Source: a virus (taxonomy: Duplodnaviria; Caudoviricetes). From it: 45,122 nucleotides of DNA. Below the pieces are notes generated by a model that saw nothing but the letters and a program-made list of their open reading frames with translations, had not been told where the DNA came from and did not search any database. Positions within the stretch are counted from its first letter, which is position 1; the number at the start of each line of letters is the position of its first letter. Where the stretch lies: positions 1 through 45,122 of the IMG/VR virus record IMGVR_UViG_3300022173_000106; one strand, given 5' to 3'. This document shows positions 19,201-27,956 of the stretch, piece by piece. A program made the position numbers and the translations under genes.

Positions 19201-20691
19201 GAGTTCCCCGTCCGCGTCATCATCCACAGCCAGATTGCGCACTCGGCGTTCGCTGATAAGTCCACGGTGCCTTTCTACGACATGATGTCTGGCATGATGG
19301 ATGTCTTCAAGCAGAGTGAGAACTACAAGGCGTGGGTCCGCAATGGTGGTGCCGGTGTGGCATTGTCTGATATGGACGTGAACTATTTGCAGAAGGACAT
19401 CCGAGCCATCTGGAGTGAGACCGGCACGGAGAGTGCTGTGCTCAATGCCGTCAAGCATCCCCTCGAAGCGATGCGGATGATCCAGCATATGTCTGATGCG
19501 GCAGCTCGCATTGGCTACATGAAGCGCATGGACAAACTCGGCTACACCCCGCTGAAGGGTGCTGCTCTGAGCCGCAAGGCCCAGCTCGACTTTGCTGAGC
19601 GCCAGACGGCAGCATGGGTGAACACATGGGCGAAGATGGTTCCCTTCATGCCATCCGCTATCAAGGACGTTGAGCAGGTTGGCACCGCGTTCCGTGATCG
19701 CCCGGCGTCCACATGGGCGAAGGCTGGTCTGTATTTCACGCTGCCGACACTGGTGATGTACGCTCTCAACAAACAGTATGATGCGCTGCTTGATGAGAAC
19801 GACCCGAACCGCTACAGCGAACTGCCCAAATGGATGCGCGACATGTACTGGGTGACACCGCCGATCAATGGGGTGCGCGTGAAAATCCAGAAGCCCTATG
19901 TCGGCTCCTATCCATTCTCGACGTTGCCGGAACGGGCACTCGACCAGTTCTGGATGGACGACCCGCACGCGATGGACAAATGGGGCGAAGCCCTCGTTGC
20001 CCAGATGGTCCCGCCGTATGTTCCCAGCTTGTTGGCCCCGGTCGTTGAGGACAAATTCAATAAGAGCATGTTCACGGGTCGCCCCTTGGTGCCTGCGTCA
20101 CTCGAAGGCGCATCCGGTTATCTTCAGTACAATGACAATACATCTGAGACAGCGAAGAAGATTTCGCAAATCCTCGGAAAGCCCGGCTACAACGTCGCGG
20201 ATGTTTCACCGCTTGTGCTCCAGAATTATGCTCGCCAATGGGCGGGTACAATGCCGATGACTGTGTTGCGCCAGTTTGAGAAGCCGTTTCGTGGGCCAGT
20301 CAAGCCGCAGGAGATGGCGGACAATCCGTTCGTTGGTGCCTTCTTCGTGCGCCATCCTGACATGGGGTCTCAGTCGGTCCAGAATTTCTTTGAGAACAGT
20401 GATGAAGTTCTGAAAGCGCATCGTGACTTCGCACTCGCTGTGGAGCATCAGGATTTTTCTGAGATCGACGTGGCATCCAAGGAGTTCACAGCCTACATCA
20501 ATGTGTCGAATTTCAAAGACGCGATCACAAATCAGATGAAGGTGCTCAAGTCGATCAACCGCAGTGAAGACATGACTGCTGATGAGAAACGGCAGTACAC
20601 AGACAGTATCGTTTCTGGTGCTATCGCTATGGCGAAAGCTGGTTCTGCATTGGTAGAAACTGTCAAGCAGGAGCAGGCCGATGGGGAATAA
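16252..20691 (+). CDS. Large internal virion protein with lytic transglycosylase domain and LPD38-like C-terminus
   Basis: LEG...SPAGAIGRYQIMP.TA...AYNAGPG (SLT motifs); Y.ELP.W.RD.YW...I.KP in the C-terminal part; Gly-rich hydrophobic N-terminal segments. Confidence 0.82.
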   Translation: MSDTTATGMQEYQRLVAGGFSQQEAESWKVEQTEKLLGGGFSNEEVDAYWGETKPDYSRLDNDVGAAVRGGGPKVAESATEALQAGWQSSVAGLVLRGQNPNVVPDEKAGWMADALTMGGQIAGDFVPGVVGAVVGAGAGASAGTAVTPGPGTVVGGLAGAGAGSMAVPTAMRETLMDYYTHRNGNYFKDFWTRLQDIAIKTSKSAIAGGIAGPVGGKLGGKILEKGGTQVAGRIGDYVANATTATALGGALDGHMPDKQDFTLGAGAALAMAVVTRGRAKPLSKAQEAAVQADIAQNLQDIYARTGFRPDEAVTRMKEDPAFAQEVYAPRAASGDPVTPVADAAMTPDPEPFEKPSRSPDLDGLQNAGFALHEEHATMIQRLQTEAMQRAGKKPDEAAPEITPEEMVKAAQDTHLDLIATLEGSANYAKAKGILEADVVSPAGAIGRYQIMPNTARQFGFDPARLTEPAYNEKVARAITQDLATRFPGDTVAQLIAYNAGPGRARSFIANGRNVRQLPLETQRYLERAQEMGAVKEDFIGENIDSQLAVQGDENWAPPPGNKTLHGEILPPERGGGGNGNEPPKPPIDGEIIQPERGPKKIADDTMHMTEDVLVEKINDIIAPADKEARFAWMQPRRIISQFQSELEPANAIDKKLGISGDKLGVEDMLRQTYASKERAGYFIRYGTLEPTPGEIKHTSDNSFIAAYKAVKEDGGDAAGFMAYRLAKRAIEKAGQGIDTGVDLAQAQRLVKLAGKKYDRAATIMRAAKDASIDYAVASGRFSKAGAAALKELNREHIVMRRVVDEGYRPVMGRFFKARNPLKKMTGSKKQVIDPVTTEIDNLHSIIAEADRNRARLTLVDAVKEHMQKHPDDTGLLKIEKVDFLDEDTGKAMTGDILDENGRVIPPLAKEGAKAFVAERILHSKLGPNDFVVYRDGLPEVWRSADEGLTELLRTPMPLKSNPVVALFQKFASLQRAGITAAVEFPVRVIIHSQIAHSAFADKSTVPFYDMMSGMMDVFKQSENYKAWVRNGGAGVALSDMDVNYLQKDIRAIWSETGTESAVLNAVKHPLEAMRMIQHMSDAAARIGYMKRMDKLGYTPLKGAALSRKAQLDFAERQTAAWVNTWAKMVPFMPSAIKDVEQVGTAFRDRPASTWAKAGLYFTLPTLVMYALNKQYDALLDENDPNRYSELPKWMRDMYWVTPPINGVRVKIQKPYVGSYPFSTLPERALDQFWMDDPHAMDKWGEALVAQMVPPYVPSLLAPVVEDKFNKSMFTGRPLVPASLEGASGYLQYNDNTSETAKKISQILGKPGYNVADVSPLVLQNYARQWAGTMPMTVLRQFEKPFRGPVKPQEMADNPFVGAFFVRHPDMGSQSVQNFFENSDEVLKAHRDFALAVEHQDFSEIDVASKEFTAYINVSNFKDAITNQMKVLKSINRSEDMTADEKRQYTDSIVSGAIAMAKAGSALVETVKQEQADGE

Positions 20692-21427
20692 GAATAATCC
20701 CGGTATCACGATCCGTGGTATCCGGCAGAAAATTCCACCGGGCTATGTGATCGGTCGGACGGACACAGGTGACGGGCAACCGCATCTGATCCCGATGAGT
20801 AAGATCAAAGGCACGCCCGGTGCTGACGGTGCCCCCGGCGCTCCCGGTGCCCCCGGCACTGATGGTCAGGGCTTCCTCGACCGGGGCGCTTATTCTGCTG
20901 CTAACACCTACGCAGCATATGATGTCGTCACACAGAATAGCTCAACTTGGCTGGCTACCACAGCTCATGGTCCGGGAGGTGTTGGTCCGGCGAACGGTGA
21001 TGCCGGATGGATACTCTGGGCGCGTGGCTGGAACTTCGTCGGTGCATGGGCTGGTAGCACGACCTACTTTGTCGGCACGGTCGCCACCTATCTGGGCAAG
21101 ACCTATTATTGCTATGTCAAGGCGTCCGCTCTGGGCAACCCGCCTTCAGAGACAGGTAACTGGTCGCTGCTCGCTGACAGCGGCGCTGCGGGTGCCACGG
21201 GTGCTACAGGTGCCGCAGGGGCTGACGGCGCGGATGGCGTCGGTGTGCCCGTTGGTGGCACCACAGGGCAGGTACTAGCCAAGATTGATGGGACAGACTA
21301 TAACACAGAATGGGTTGACCAATCGGGTGGTGGGGCCGGTGGTGTCCTCCCGCTCGTGACCGGCGAGCTGCCCGGCCCGGTCTTTATGAATGATGGCAAT
21401 GGACAGACCATTGGCGTCCCGATCTAG
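20681..21427 (+). CDS. Tail fibre with collagen-like and carbohydrate-binding-like repeats
   Basis: G-X-Y runs (GTPGADGAPGAPGAPGTDG; GAAGATGATGAAGADGADG), two Y/W-x5-Y repeats, GGTTGQVLAK....YNTEW motif. Confidence 0.8.
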   Translation: MGNKNNPGITIRGIRQKIPPGYVIGRTDTGDGQPHLIPMSKIKGTPGADGAPGAPGAPGTDGQGFLDRGAYSAANTYAAYDVVTQNSSTWLATTAHGPGGVGPANGDAGWILWARGWNFVGAWAGSTTYFVGTVATYLGKTYYCYVKASALGNPPSETGNWSLLADSGAAGATGATGAAGADGADGVGVPVGGTTGQVLAKIDGTDYNTEWVDQSGGGAGGVLPLVTGELPGPVFMNDGNGQTIGVPI

Positions 21428-21436
21428 GAGCTGACA

Positions 21437-22192
21437 ATGGCTGCATCGACCACAATGACGGACTATCTGGGCAAGGGTCTCCTCTCTGCCCGTCCGGCTT
21501 CTCTCACGCTCGCGGCTGGTGTCATGGGCCTCTACTATGCAACCGACACAAAGCTGATGTACGTCTGGGATGGCAGCGCGTGGGCGACCTCTGGTGCCAG
21601 CCCCTACTATGCAAGCACCCCGGTACTTCCTCTGACTACGGACGTTACGTTGGAAAAGGATGGTGGCACAACTGCTTCTATCTCCCAGTCCACACGAGGC
21701 ATTATCGCGGATGTGACCGGCGCGGCGGCTACGGACAAGAATGTCCTCTTGTCCAAAGGCGCAGTTGGAAGCTCATTCACATTGATCGCCTTTATGGGCA
21801 CCCCGACGATGTGGCGGCGCTACATGGCGCTTGGCCTCTATATCAAAGAGACAAGCTCCGGCAAGATCAAAGCGTGCTGCTTTGCTGGCGGTACGTCTGG
21901 TGCCTTGAGTTATCGCCGGATGTCATGGACCGATATCACAACCTTCAGCACCAGCACTGATGTTGTCGAGCACTTCCCGACCGGGCCAGTCTGGATGAAG
22001 ATGGTCGTGTCGGGAACGACCGTGACAATTTCCATATCCGTTGATGGCGAGACGTTCGAGCAGATCGACACGTTTACTGAAGCCTTCCTCGGCGCGATCA
22101 ATACAGCGGGCGTTTTCTTCGGCGTAAACCAGACTGACGGCCAGCAGGGTGTTCATGCATTCGCTCATGTCATGGGGCTTACACTCGCATGA
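21437..22192 (+). CDS. Tail fibre / receptor-binding protein with lectin-like beta-sandwich
   Basis: G.L.ARP...G.YYATDT..MY.WDGSAW N-terminal module; W.K...SG.T.T...S.DG..F ConA-like motif. Confidence 0.7.
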   Translation: MAASTTMTDYLGKGLLSARPASLTLAAGVMGLYYATDTKLMYVWDGSAWATSGASPYYASTPVLPLTTDVTLEKDGGTTASISQSTRGIIADVTGAAATDKNVLLSKGAVGSSFTLIAFMGTPTMWRRYMALGLYIKETSSGKIKACCFAGGTSGALSYRRMSWTDITTFSTSTDVVEHFPTGPVWMKMVVSGTTVTISISVDGETFEQIDTFTEAFLGAINTAGVFFGVNQTDGQQGVHAFAHVMGLTLA

Positions 22193-23112
22193 CAAAAGTT
22201 CTGCTCACAGACTATATGGGCCGGGAGGTCAAGCAGGGCAGCTATGCCATGTATCTTGATGACACCTCCCGCGTTCTCTTTGTCTCCCCGGACGGCATCT
22301 CATTTACCGCTCTGGGGCGTGAGCTTCTGAAAGCAAACCGCAATCTTTATGTTACACCAACTGGTAATGATACAACCGGCACAGGGGAGGTCGGCTCACC
22401 ATGGCTGACGAACCAGAAAGCCTATGACTACATCACGTCAACCTTGGACCTCGGTGGCTATACAGTCACGGTGAACACTGCTGATGGCACCTATGCTCCG
22501 GGATCGGGCGTGAATGTCCTCCTTATTGCACAACCATGGACGGGCGGCGGTTCAGTCTTCTTTGAAGGGAACATAACCACTCCCGCAAATGTCGTTTTCT
22601 CTGCAACCTCCGCAGCCGTTGTTCTGGTCACTTGCACATTGCCGGGTATCCTCCGCTTCCGTGGGATGAAGATTACTGCTACGGGCGGACGTGGGTTGGA
22701 GCATCGTGGGTCGGGCATCCTGCAATTCGGGCTTGTGGACTTCGGGGCTTGTGGTGGGGCGCATTATGCAGCCCTCACACCCGGCGCATTCATCGGCGGA
22801 ATTAGTGCATATGCCATCAGCGGAAACTCTGCTATCCATATGCAGGCGACATTCTTAGGAAAAGTAGAAACTGTCAGTATAACGATTACTCTCGTCGGGT
22901 CGCCGGTACTGAGCACTGCATTTGCCTTTGGCTCCCGTAATGGCGTTGTGCAGGCGAATAATCTCGTCTTCTCCGGGGCCGCAGGCACGGGCACAAAGAA
23001 ATACAATGCAGACCTTGGTGGTGGCGTTTTCACAAACTCTGGTGACATCAACTACTTCCCCGGCAATGTGGCGGGCACAGCCGACGCGGCAACTTATGGG
23101 TGGTACAATTGA
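22189..23112 (+). CDS. Tail fibre/spike with beta-helix-like C-terminus
   Basis: YV..TGND..G.G....PW.T.QKA.D...ADGTY motif of pectin-lyase-like phage adhesins. Confidence 0.72.
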   Translation: MTKVLLTDYMGREVKQGSYAMYLDDTSRVLFVSPDGISFTALGRELLKANRNLYVTPTGNDTTGTGEVGSPWLTNQKAYDYITSTLDLGGYTVTVNTADGTYAPGSGVNVLLIAQPWTGGGSVFFEGNITTPANVVFSATSAAVVLVTCTLPGILRFRGMKITATGGRGLEHRGSGILQFGLVDFGACGGAHYAALTPGAFIGGISAYAISGNSAIHMQATFLGKVETVSITITLVGSPVLSTAFAFGSRNGVVQANNLVFSGAAGTGTKKYNADLGGGVFTNSGDINYFPGNVAGTADAATYGWYN

Positions 23113-23633
23113 CAACGCTCAAACAAAAGATCATCGCAGCTTCAGCGGCTGGCACGATGGCGATGCTGTTGGTCATGGTCCCCGACTTCGAGGGGACAGA
23201 GCTGAAGCCCTATAAGGATGTCGCCGGGATCACCACGGCCTGCACTGGTCACACTGGCGATGTCAAGTGGGATCATCGCTACACCCCGGAGGAATGCCGG
23301 GCGCTGCTCGCCCAAGACCTCACCTCTAGCTTGGCCTCGGTGGATCGGCTGACGAAGGTGCCGCTGTCACCCAAGACCCGCACCGCGATGGCTGACTTCG
23401 TGTTCAACTTCGGCTCTGGTGCCTATGCCGGGTCCACGTTGCTCCGGCGTATCAATGCTGGTGAGGGGGCCAATGCCTGCCCGGAGCTGTTGAAGTGGGA
23501 TAAGGCTCGCGTCAATGGTGTCCTGACCCCCCTGCCGGGCCTCACCCGTCGCCGGGAGATCGAATATTGGCTGTGCGTTGAGGGTTTCCGTAGTGTTCCC
23601 CTTCCTCTTGCCAAGCCCGCACGGCTGGGATAG
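23109..23633 (+). CDS. GH24 lysozyme (endolysin), SAR-type N-terminus
   Basis: E-x8-D-x5-T triad (FEG...YKDVAGITT), FNFG, GL.RRR.E; weakly hydrophobic N-terminus; TTG 23109 overlaps the upstream TGA. Confidence 0.92.
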   Translation: MTTLKQKIIAASAAGTMAMLLVMVPDFEGTELKPYKDVAGITTACTGHTGDVKWDHRYTPEECRALLAQDLTSSLASVDRLTKVPLSPKTRTAMADFVFNFGSGAYAGSTLLRRINAGEGANACPELLKWDKARVNGVLTPLPGLTRRREIEYWLCVEGFRSVPLPLAKPARLG

Positions 23634-23662
23634 TCTGGTCGCCTCATATCAGAGGACGGACC

Positions 23663-23986
23663 ATGTTCAAAACACTCATCTCGATCTGGCAGTATGTCGC
23701 CGTCGCATTCGCGGCTGGGCTGGCGATTGGCTATGTTGGAGCGGTCTGGCAATTCGAGCACGCTGTCCTTTCACACACGGATAAGAAGGTCGCTGAGCAG
23801 CATACTCAGGACAAAAAGGTGCAGACTGCCGCCACGGGCGTCAGCAAGGCCGCACAGGAGCGCCACGCTTCCGGGTACGTTGGTGCCACCGATGCCATCA
23901 AACAGCTTCAAAACGCTCCTGAGCGGCTTCCTGAGTGCAATCTGGACGACCGGACCCTTAACATGCTGGGGATGTCAGGCAAATGA
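23663..23986 (+). CDS. Inner-membrane spanin (Rz-like)
   Basis: N-terminal transmembrane helix, helical periplasmic part, C-terminal Cys; follows the endolysin. Confidence 0.7.
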   Translation: MFKTLISIWQYVAVAFAAGLAIGYVGAVWQFEHAVLSHTDKKVAEQHTQDKKVQTAATGVSKAAQERHASGYVGATDAIKQLQNAPERLPECNLDDRTLNMLGMSGK

Positions 23987-24246
23987 TCCATAACATCCAC
24001 GGTCCCCTGTTCGCCTGCGGCCTCCTCCTCGTGGCTGCCATCTTGCTCACCGGCTGCACGACCACCGTGCTTGGGCACTGCCCGATCCCGGAGGCGCTGG
24101 ACTATCATGCGAACGGCCCGGCTGACCCGGTAGCTAAGAACCTGAAGCAACACTTTGTCGAAGATGGCATTGAGCGGCACGCATCCAAGATGCTCGCGGA
24201 CGACTACAATTCCCTCACCGCGCACATCAAGGATAACTGCCAATGA
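23983..24246 (+). CDS. Outer-membrane spanin lipoprotein (Rz1-like)
   Basis: Signal peptide ending in LLTGC lipobox; ATGA overlap with the i-spanin. Confidence 0.72.
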   Translation: MIHNIHGPLFACGLLLVAAILLTGCTTTVLGHCPIPEALDYHANGPADPVAKNLKQHFVEDGIERHASKMLADDYNSLTAHIKDNCQ

Positions 24247-24518
24247 GCGAGAACCTGACCCCCATTGTGATCTCGATTGATGAGGAGCGCCTGCGTGCCA
24301 TCATCCATGATGAGTTCCGTGATGGCATGAGGATGTTCGGGGTGGACCCGGACGACACCATCGAGAACCAGAAGGACATGCAGTGGCTGCGGACGTGGCG
24401 CAAGGCCGTCACCAAGGTCGGCAGCAGCGCCGGGCTGACAGTCCTGACCGTCCTCGTCACCGGCTTCGTCGGCCTTGTAGCAACCCTCCTTGGCATCCCC
24501 CAGCGGTTCCTCGGCTGA
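24243..24518 (+). CDS. Membrane protein of the lysis cassette (holin candidate)
   Basis: G.DP......QKD..LR motif and C-terminal transmembrane helix. Confidence 0.55.
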   Translation: MSENLTPIVISIDEERLRAIIHDEFRDGMRMFGVDPDDTIENQKDMQWLRTWRKAVTKVGSSAGLTVLTVLVTGFVGLVATLLGIPQRFLG

Positions 24519-24543
24519 CGCCCCACTGATACCGAGCAGGAAC

Positions 24544-24576
24544 AAAAAAGCCCCCAGCGATGAACTGGGGGCTTTC
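24544..24576. terminator. Bidirectional intrinsic terminator between the convergent genome halves
   Basis: AAAAAAGCCCCCAG-cgatgaa-CTGGGGGCTTT. Confidence 0.85.
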
Positions 24577-24591
24577 TGCTACCGGGAGGGA

Positions 24592-25380
24592 TCACCGGCT
24601 ATTGCGTGAGCGGTCCTTCTCGATCTCCTTCTGGAGAAGCGCCAGCGCACGCCACGCGACCTTGGCGCTGTGCCGGACACCATCATGTACGTCGATGGTG
24701 CCACGATCAACGAAGTGGCGCATCAGAGCGTCGCTCTCATCACCAGACTTCGACCGATCCCAATGCAGGGGTTGGCCGGGGTTGTGCTGGTCATTGCCGA
24801 TCCTCGACAGTTCGGCTACGGCCAAGAGTGCGTCGGGGAAGTAGTCGATCACCCCCGTCGCCAGTGGTGTCGCCTTGCGCTTCTTCCCATCACCGATGCG
24901 ATCCTTCAAGGTGTCTTCAACACCACGAGCATAGGCGGTGAGATTGTCGATAAGCGGCTCAAGGCTGGGTGATAGGTCCGGGCCACGCTCCCGCTGGCGC
25001 TCAAGCACCTCAGTTGCCGTCATAGGCGCAACGGGGGTGATCGAAACGGTATAGTCCTTCAGGGGCACATGATGTGGTCCAGTCGGCCCCAGACGAACAA
25101 CATAGGTGCCATAGCAAGCTAAGTCTTCACAGCACTTCATGGCGTCTTCTTCAGACAGGCCACCGAGCACAAAGGATTTGTGCCCGAAGGATTTGAGCAC
25201 ATCACTTTGGCACTTGTCACAAGGGCATTCGTCGCCGTGCAGGGTGCGGAACTTTTCAAGGTCAAAAGGCTTGAAGACATCTTCTCCGGTCAGGGGCTTT
25301 GACAGCGGGCCTTTTGGCACGCTCTGGTACAAATCCGGGCGGCATTCCCGGCAAGCACAATGCTTTGGATGTTCTGACAT
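24592..25380 (-). CDS. dATP/dGTP diphosphohydrolase N-terminal-type domain (DUF5664-like) with Cys-rich N-terminal extension
   Basis: RK..PL..GV.DYFPDAL.AVA..S..GN.QHNPG.PLHW.R.KS.D..DA..RH...H.AK.AWRALA.LQ; start ATG 25380 overlaps the upstream TGA. Confidence 0.75.
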   Translation of the reverse strand: MSEHPKHCACRECRPDLYQSVPKGPLSKPLTGEDVFKPFDLEKFRTLHGDECPCDKCQSDVLKSFGHKSFVLGGLSEEDAMKCCEDLACYGTYVVRLGPTGPHHVPLKDYTVSITPVAPMTATEVLERQRERGPDLSPSLEPLIDNLTAYARGVEDTLKDRIGDGKKRKATPLATGVIDYFPDALLAVAELSRIGNDQHNPGQPLHWDRSKSGDESDALMRHFVDRGTIDVHDGVRHSAKVAWRALALLQKEIEKDRSRNSR

Positions 25381-25715
25381 CACGCCCTCCCATACGCGAG
25401 GAGTGCCTGACGGTCGGCGGGCTTTGTGTTGCCCACATCCTTCCGTGCCCAAGCATCGTTTTGCCGTGCCGCGCGATATGACCGTGCAGGCCGGGCGTCC
25501 TTGCCTTCCCATTTGAATTTGGGGATCGCCTGACGAAAGGCAGCGGAGCCACGCGCGATGCGCCCACCGGGTAAATGGTTCGACCGGCGACCGGCACCAA
25601 TCTGCCACATGCGGCCAAGCCCTTCTCTGAGCTTTGCTGCTTCCTTGGCATTCTTGCCAGTGAGGATGTTCACCATCGCGGAGGTGAGCACCCCGAAGAA
25701 ACTACGAGTTGACAT
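25380..25715 (-). CDS. Basic hypothetical protein
   Basis: 111 aa Arg/Lys-rich ORF coupled to both neighbours. Confidence 0.6.
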   Translation of the reverse strand: MSTRSFFGVLTSAMVNILTGKNAKEAAKLREGLGRMWQIGAGRRSNHLPGGRIARGSAAFRQAIPKFKWEGKDARPARSYRAARQNDAWARKDVGNTKPADRQALLAYGRA

Positions 25716-26217
25716 CGGATTTATCCTTCAAGCTTGAGACCCCAGCAATGAGCGTGGTGATCTCCTTGTGAGAACGCCAGCCATCTGGCGTCCAAAAACC
25801 CCAATCACGTTTCACTGGCCCGGTTGAGAACAGTGACATCGTGTAGGGGATATTCGGGGGCAGGATGAGCCGGTGTGTATCCTCGGCGTTGCGTTGGATC
25901 ACATCACCCTTCTTGCGCGGGATTGTCTGATAAGTGCGGCCCCGACCGAACACACTGCCCATGCATTCGATATATCCACCCGACAGGATCACCGACTGGT
26001 TTTTCCACGGGTGGTCATGCAGGGGACGCTCAGGATCGCTTGCCACCTGCACATGCAGATAGACGTTGTAGTCATGGCTGTGAGGGACAACGTACCAGCG
26101 ATAGAGATACGGCTTGCCATCAGGCGCGATGGTCAGGTCCGGCTCGTGGTAGGTGGAACCGAGGATAGACGTGAATGTCCCACGGTCTTCCTCGGTCAGC
26201 ATCATAATGTCAAACAT
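25702..26217 (-). CDS. Cupin (cysteine-dioxygenase-like) phage protein
   Basis: YL.RW...NVYLH....SD..R.LHDHPW...S.IL.GGY.E...H.L...WGF motifs; start ATG 26217 after GGAGGG. Confidence 0.75.
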   Translation of the reverse strand: MFDIMMLTEEDRGTFTSILGSTYHEPDLTIAPDGKPYLYRWYVVPHSHDYNVYLHVQVASDPERPLHDHPWKNQSVILSGGYIECMGSVFGRGRTYQTIPRKKGDVIQRNAEDTHRLILPPNIPYTMSLFSTGPVKRDWGFWTPDGWRSHKEITTLIAGVSSLKDKSDVNS

Positions 26218-26236
26218 ATAACCCTCCGTTGACAGA

Positions 26237-27463
26237 TTACTTTGAAAAGACTTCCACCCACGCTTTCGACTGCGGTGGCGTGATGGGGTCTTGAACGAAG
26301 ACTTCCATCTGGGTGTTGATACCCCACTTCTTGTGGACGAACCAGAGCGCCTGCGAAGCGGGGGTGGCAGGAGCACGGAGACCGATACGGGCGAACTCAT
26401 CGTAGCCCTTGAGGCAGTTGTTGACGATCAGGCCACGGGTCGAGATGTACTGATGCCAGTGCCCCATGACGATGGTGTCGAAGTTGCGCCCGATCTGAGC
26501 TTCGCTTCTGCCAACTTTGAACGACCCGCGCATGATGGGTCCGATAGCTCCAATAATGCCATCACCACCACGAACGCCCATGCTGTCTCCATGCGTGAGC
26601 AGGAAGCGGTGTCCATTGACTTTGAAGTATGCATCGGTCTGATCCGGGATAAAGAACTGAACGCGCTTGTCGCCCTTGGCTTTGAAATAGAGTTCGAGCT
26701 GGTTGTATAGGTTCCACTCGTAGCTGGTGAAGACCCGGCCCTTCATGCGCGGCTTGTGCGTCATGCGCCCGTGGTTGCCGACGACACAGGGGACGAAGAC
26801 CTTGCCGAACTGATCCGCCATGTAGGTCAGTGCCGCGATGAGCTTTTCCTGAATGTCAAGCAAGCTCTCCTGCACATAGGCGTCGTTCGTATCCTGAAGC
26901 TCCTCATGGATTTCGCCCGTAATCATATCGCCACCGAGGCAGATCACGATGCCGTCAGTTTTGTTCTTGACATGCGGCAGGATGAGATGGGTGGCATTCT
27001 CCACGAGGCGCTGAAGGCGCTGGGCTGCGATCTTCGAGTTGAACTCGTTGATGCCACCGACTTCTTCCGGGCGCACCGTCTCGCCCCAGTGCCAGTCAGA
27101 CCAGATCATCATGGGCGTGCCGGGGCTGTCTGCATTGAGGCGCTGGTGCAGCCAACGGGGCGGCTCCGGCGTCTGGGCCGACAGACCATAGATCGCTTCA
27201 CGGATTGACGCTGCCGTGTCATTGTCGCGCTGGATTTCGCTGAGCTGCTGCTTGAGCTGTTTGTTCTCCAGCTTCGCCTTCTCATGTGGATCGCGGATGA
27301 TCGTGTTTGCCGACAGACCACGTTGCAGGGCTGTAGCAATTGATTGGCTGAAGGCCGGACGCTTCAAGCCCAGTGACTTGGCCGCAGCGGACTTGTTGCC
27401 ATCGTGGCGCTCAAGAGCTTGTAGGCGCTCCACGAGTTCGGCGTCCGTGAGTGTTTCGATCAT
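26237..27463 (-). CDS. Calcineurin-like metallophosphoesterase with N-terminal Fis-like HTH
   Basis: SDWH, GGDM, GNHG, THGD, GHWH; AL.RH.GNKSAAAK.LG HTH. Confidence 0.85.
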   Translation of the reverse strand: MIETLTDAELVERLQALERHDGNKSAAAKSLGLKRPAFSQSIATALQRGLSANTIIRDPHEKAKLENKQLKQQLSEIQRDNDTAASIREAIYGLSAQTPEPPRWLHQRLNADSPGTPMMIWSDWHWGETVRPEEVGGINEFNSKIAAQRLQRLVENATHLILPHVKNKTDGIVICLGGDMITGEIHEELQDTNDAYVQESLLDIQEKLIAALTYMADQFGKVFVPCVVGNHGRMTHKPRMKGRVFTSYEWNLYNQLELYFKAKGDKRVQFFIPDQTDAYFKVNGHRFLLTHGDSMGVRGGDGIIGAIGPIMRGSFKVGRSEAQIGRNFDTIVMGHWHQYISTRGLIVNNCLKGYDEFARIGLRAPATPASQALWFVHKKWGINTQMEVFVQDPITPPQSKAWVEVFSK

Positions 27464-27956
27464 TTCGCGGTTTCCTTGGTTTCTTTACAGGGGTTTGGAT
27501 AGCCTTGGTATGGGCATACATCATCAGGCAATAGGCGTCCGCCTCGTGCTCATTCTCGCCATCATAACCCATCCGTCTGGCGGCGACAAGCATGTCGGTT
27601 TTTGAAGCTCTGGCGTTGCCTGCGGCCCAGAGTTTTATCTGATTAGGCGTTAGGTCCAGCACCGCTGCACCATATTTATGCCCCAAGCTCTCCGCGATCC
27701 CGGCGTAACCCCAGAGGGACCGGGTTGCATCTGCACCACGGGCAAATGGTCGCTCGTAAATGAGCACGTCGAGAGCACCCATCATCATCAACTGAAGCTC
27801 AAGGTGAGCAGCGAACTCCCCCAGCCGTTCCGGTCGCAAAGCCTTACGCCCGCGCGTGACATCCCAGTGCCCGGTGGCCACCCAGCCGGGGACGTTTACC
27901 GCATAGGCGCTGACGCCACCGAGGTCGAGTGCGATGATGTGAAGCTTCTGGGTCAC
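27411..27956 (-). CDS. RuvC-like Holliday junction resolvase
   Basis: IIALDLG, IYE, P..IK.WA.GN.RASK.DM, EADA; probable GTG start at 27956. Confidence 0.85.
   Translation of the reverse strand: MTQKLHIIALDLGGVSAYAVNVPGWVATGHWDVTRGRKALRPERLGEFAAHLELQLMMMGALDVLIYERPFARGADATRSLWGYAGIAESLGHKYGAAVLDLTPNQIKLWAAGNARASKTDMLVAARRMGYDGENEHEADAYCLMMYAHTKAIQTPVKKPRKPRNDRNTHGRRTRGAPTSS

Noticed and set aside
20681-24518. Diversity-generating retroelement, considered because the virion genes are BPP-1-like
   Set aside because: No reverse transcriptase and no template/variable repeat pair seen
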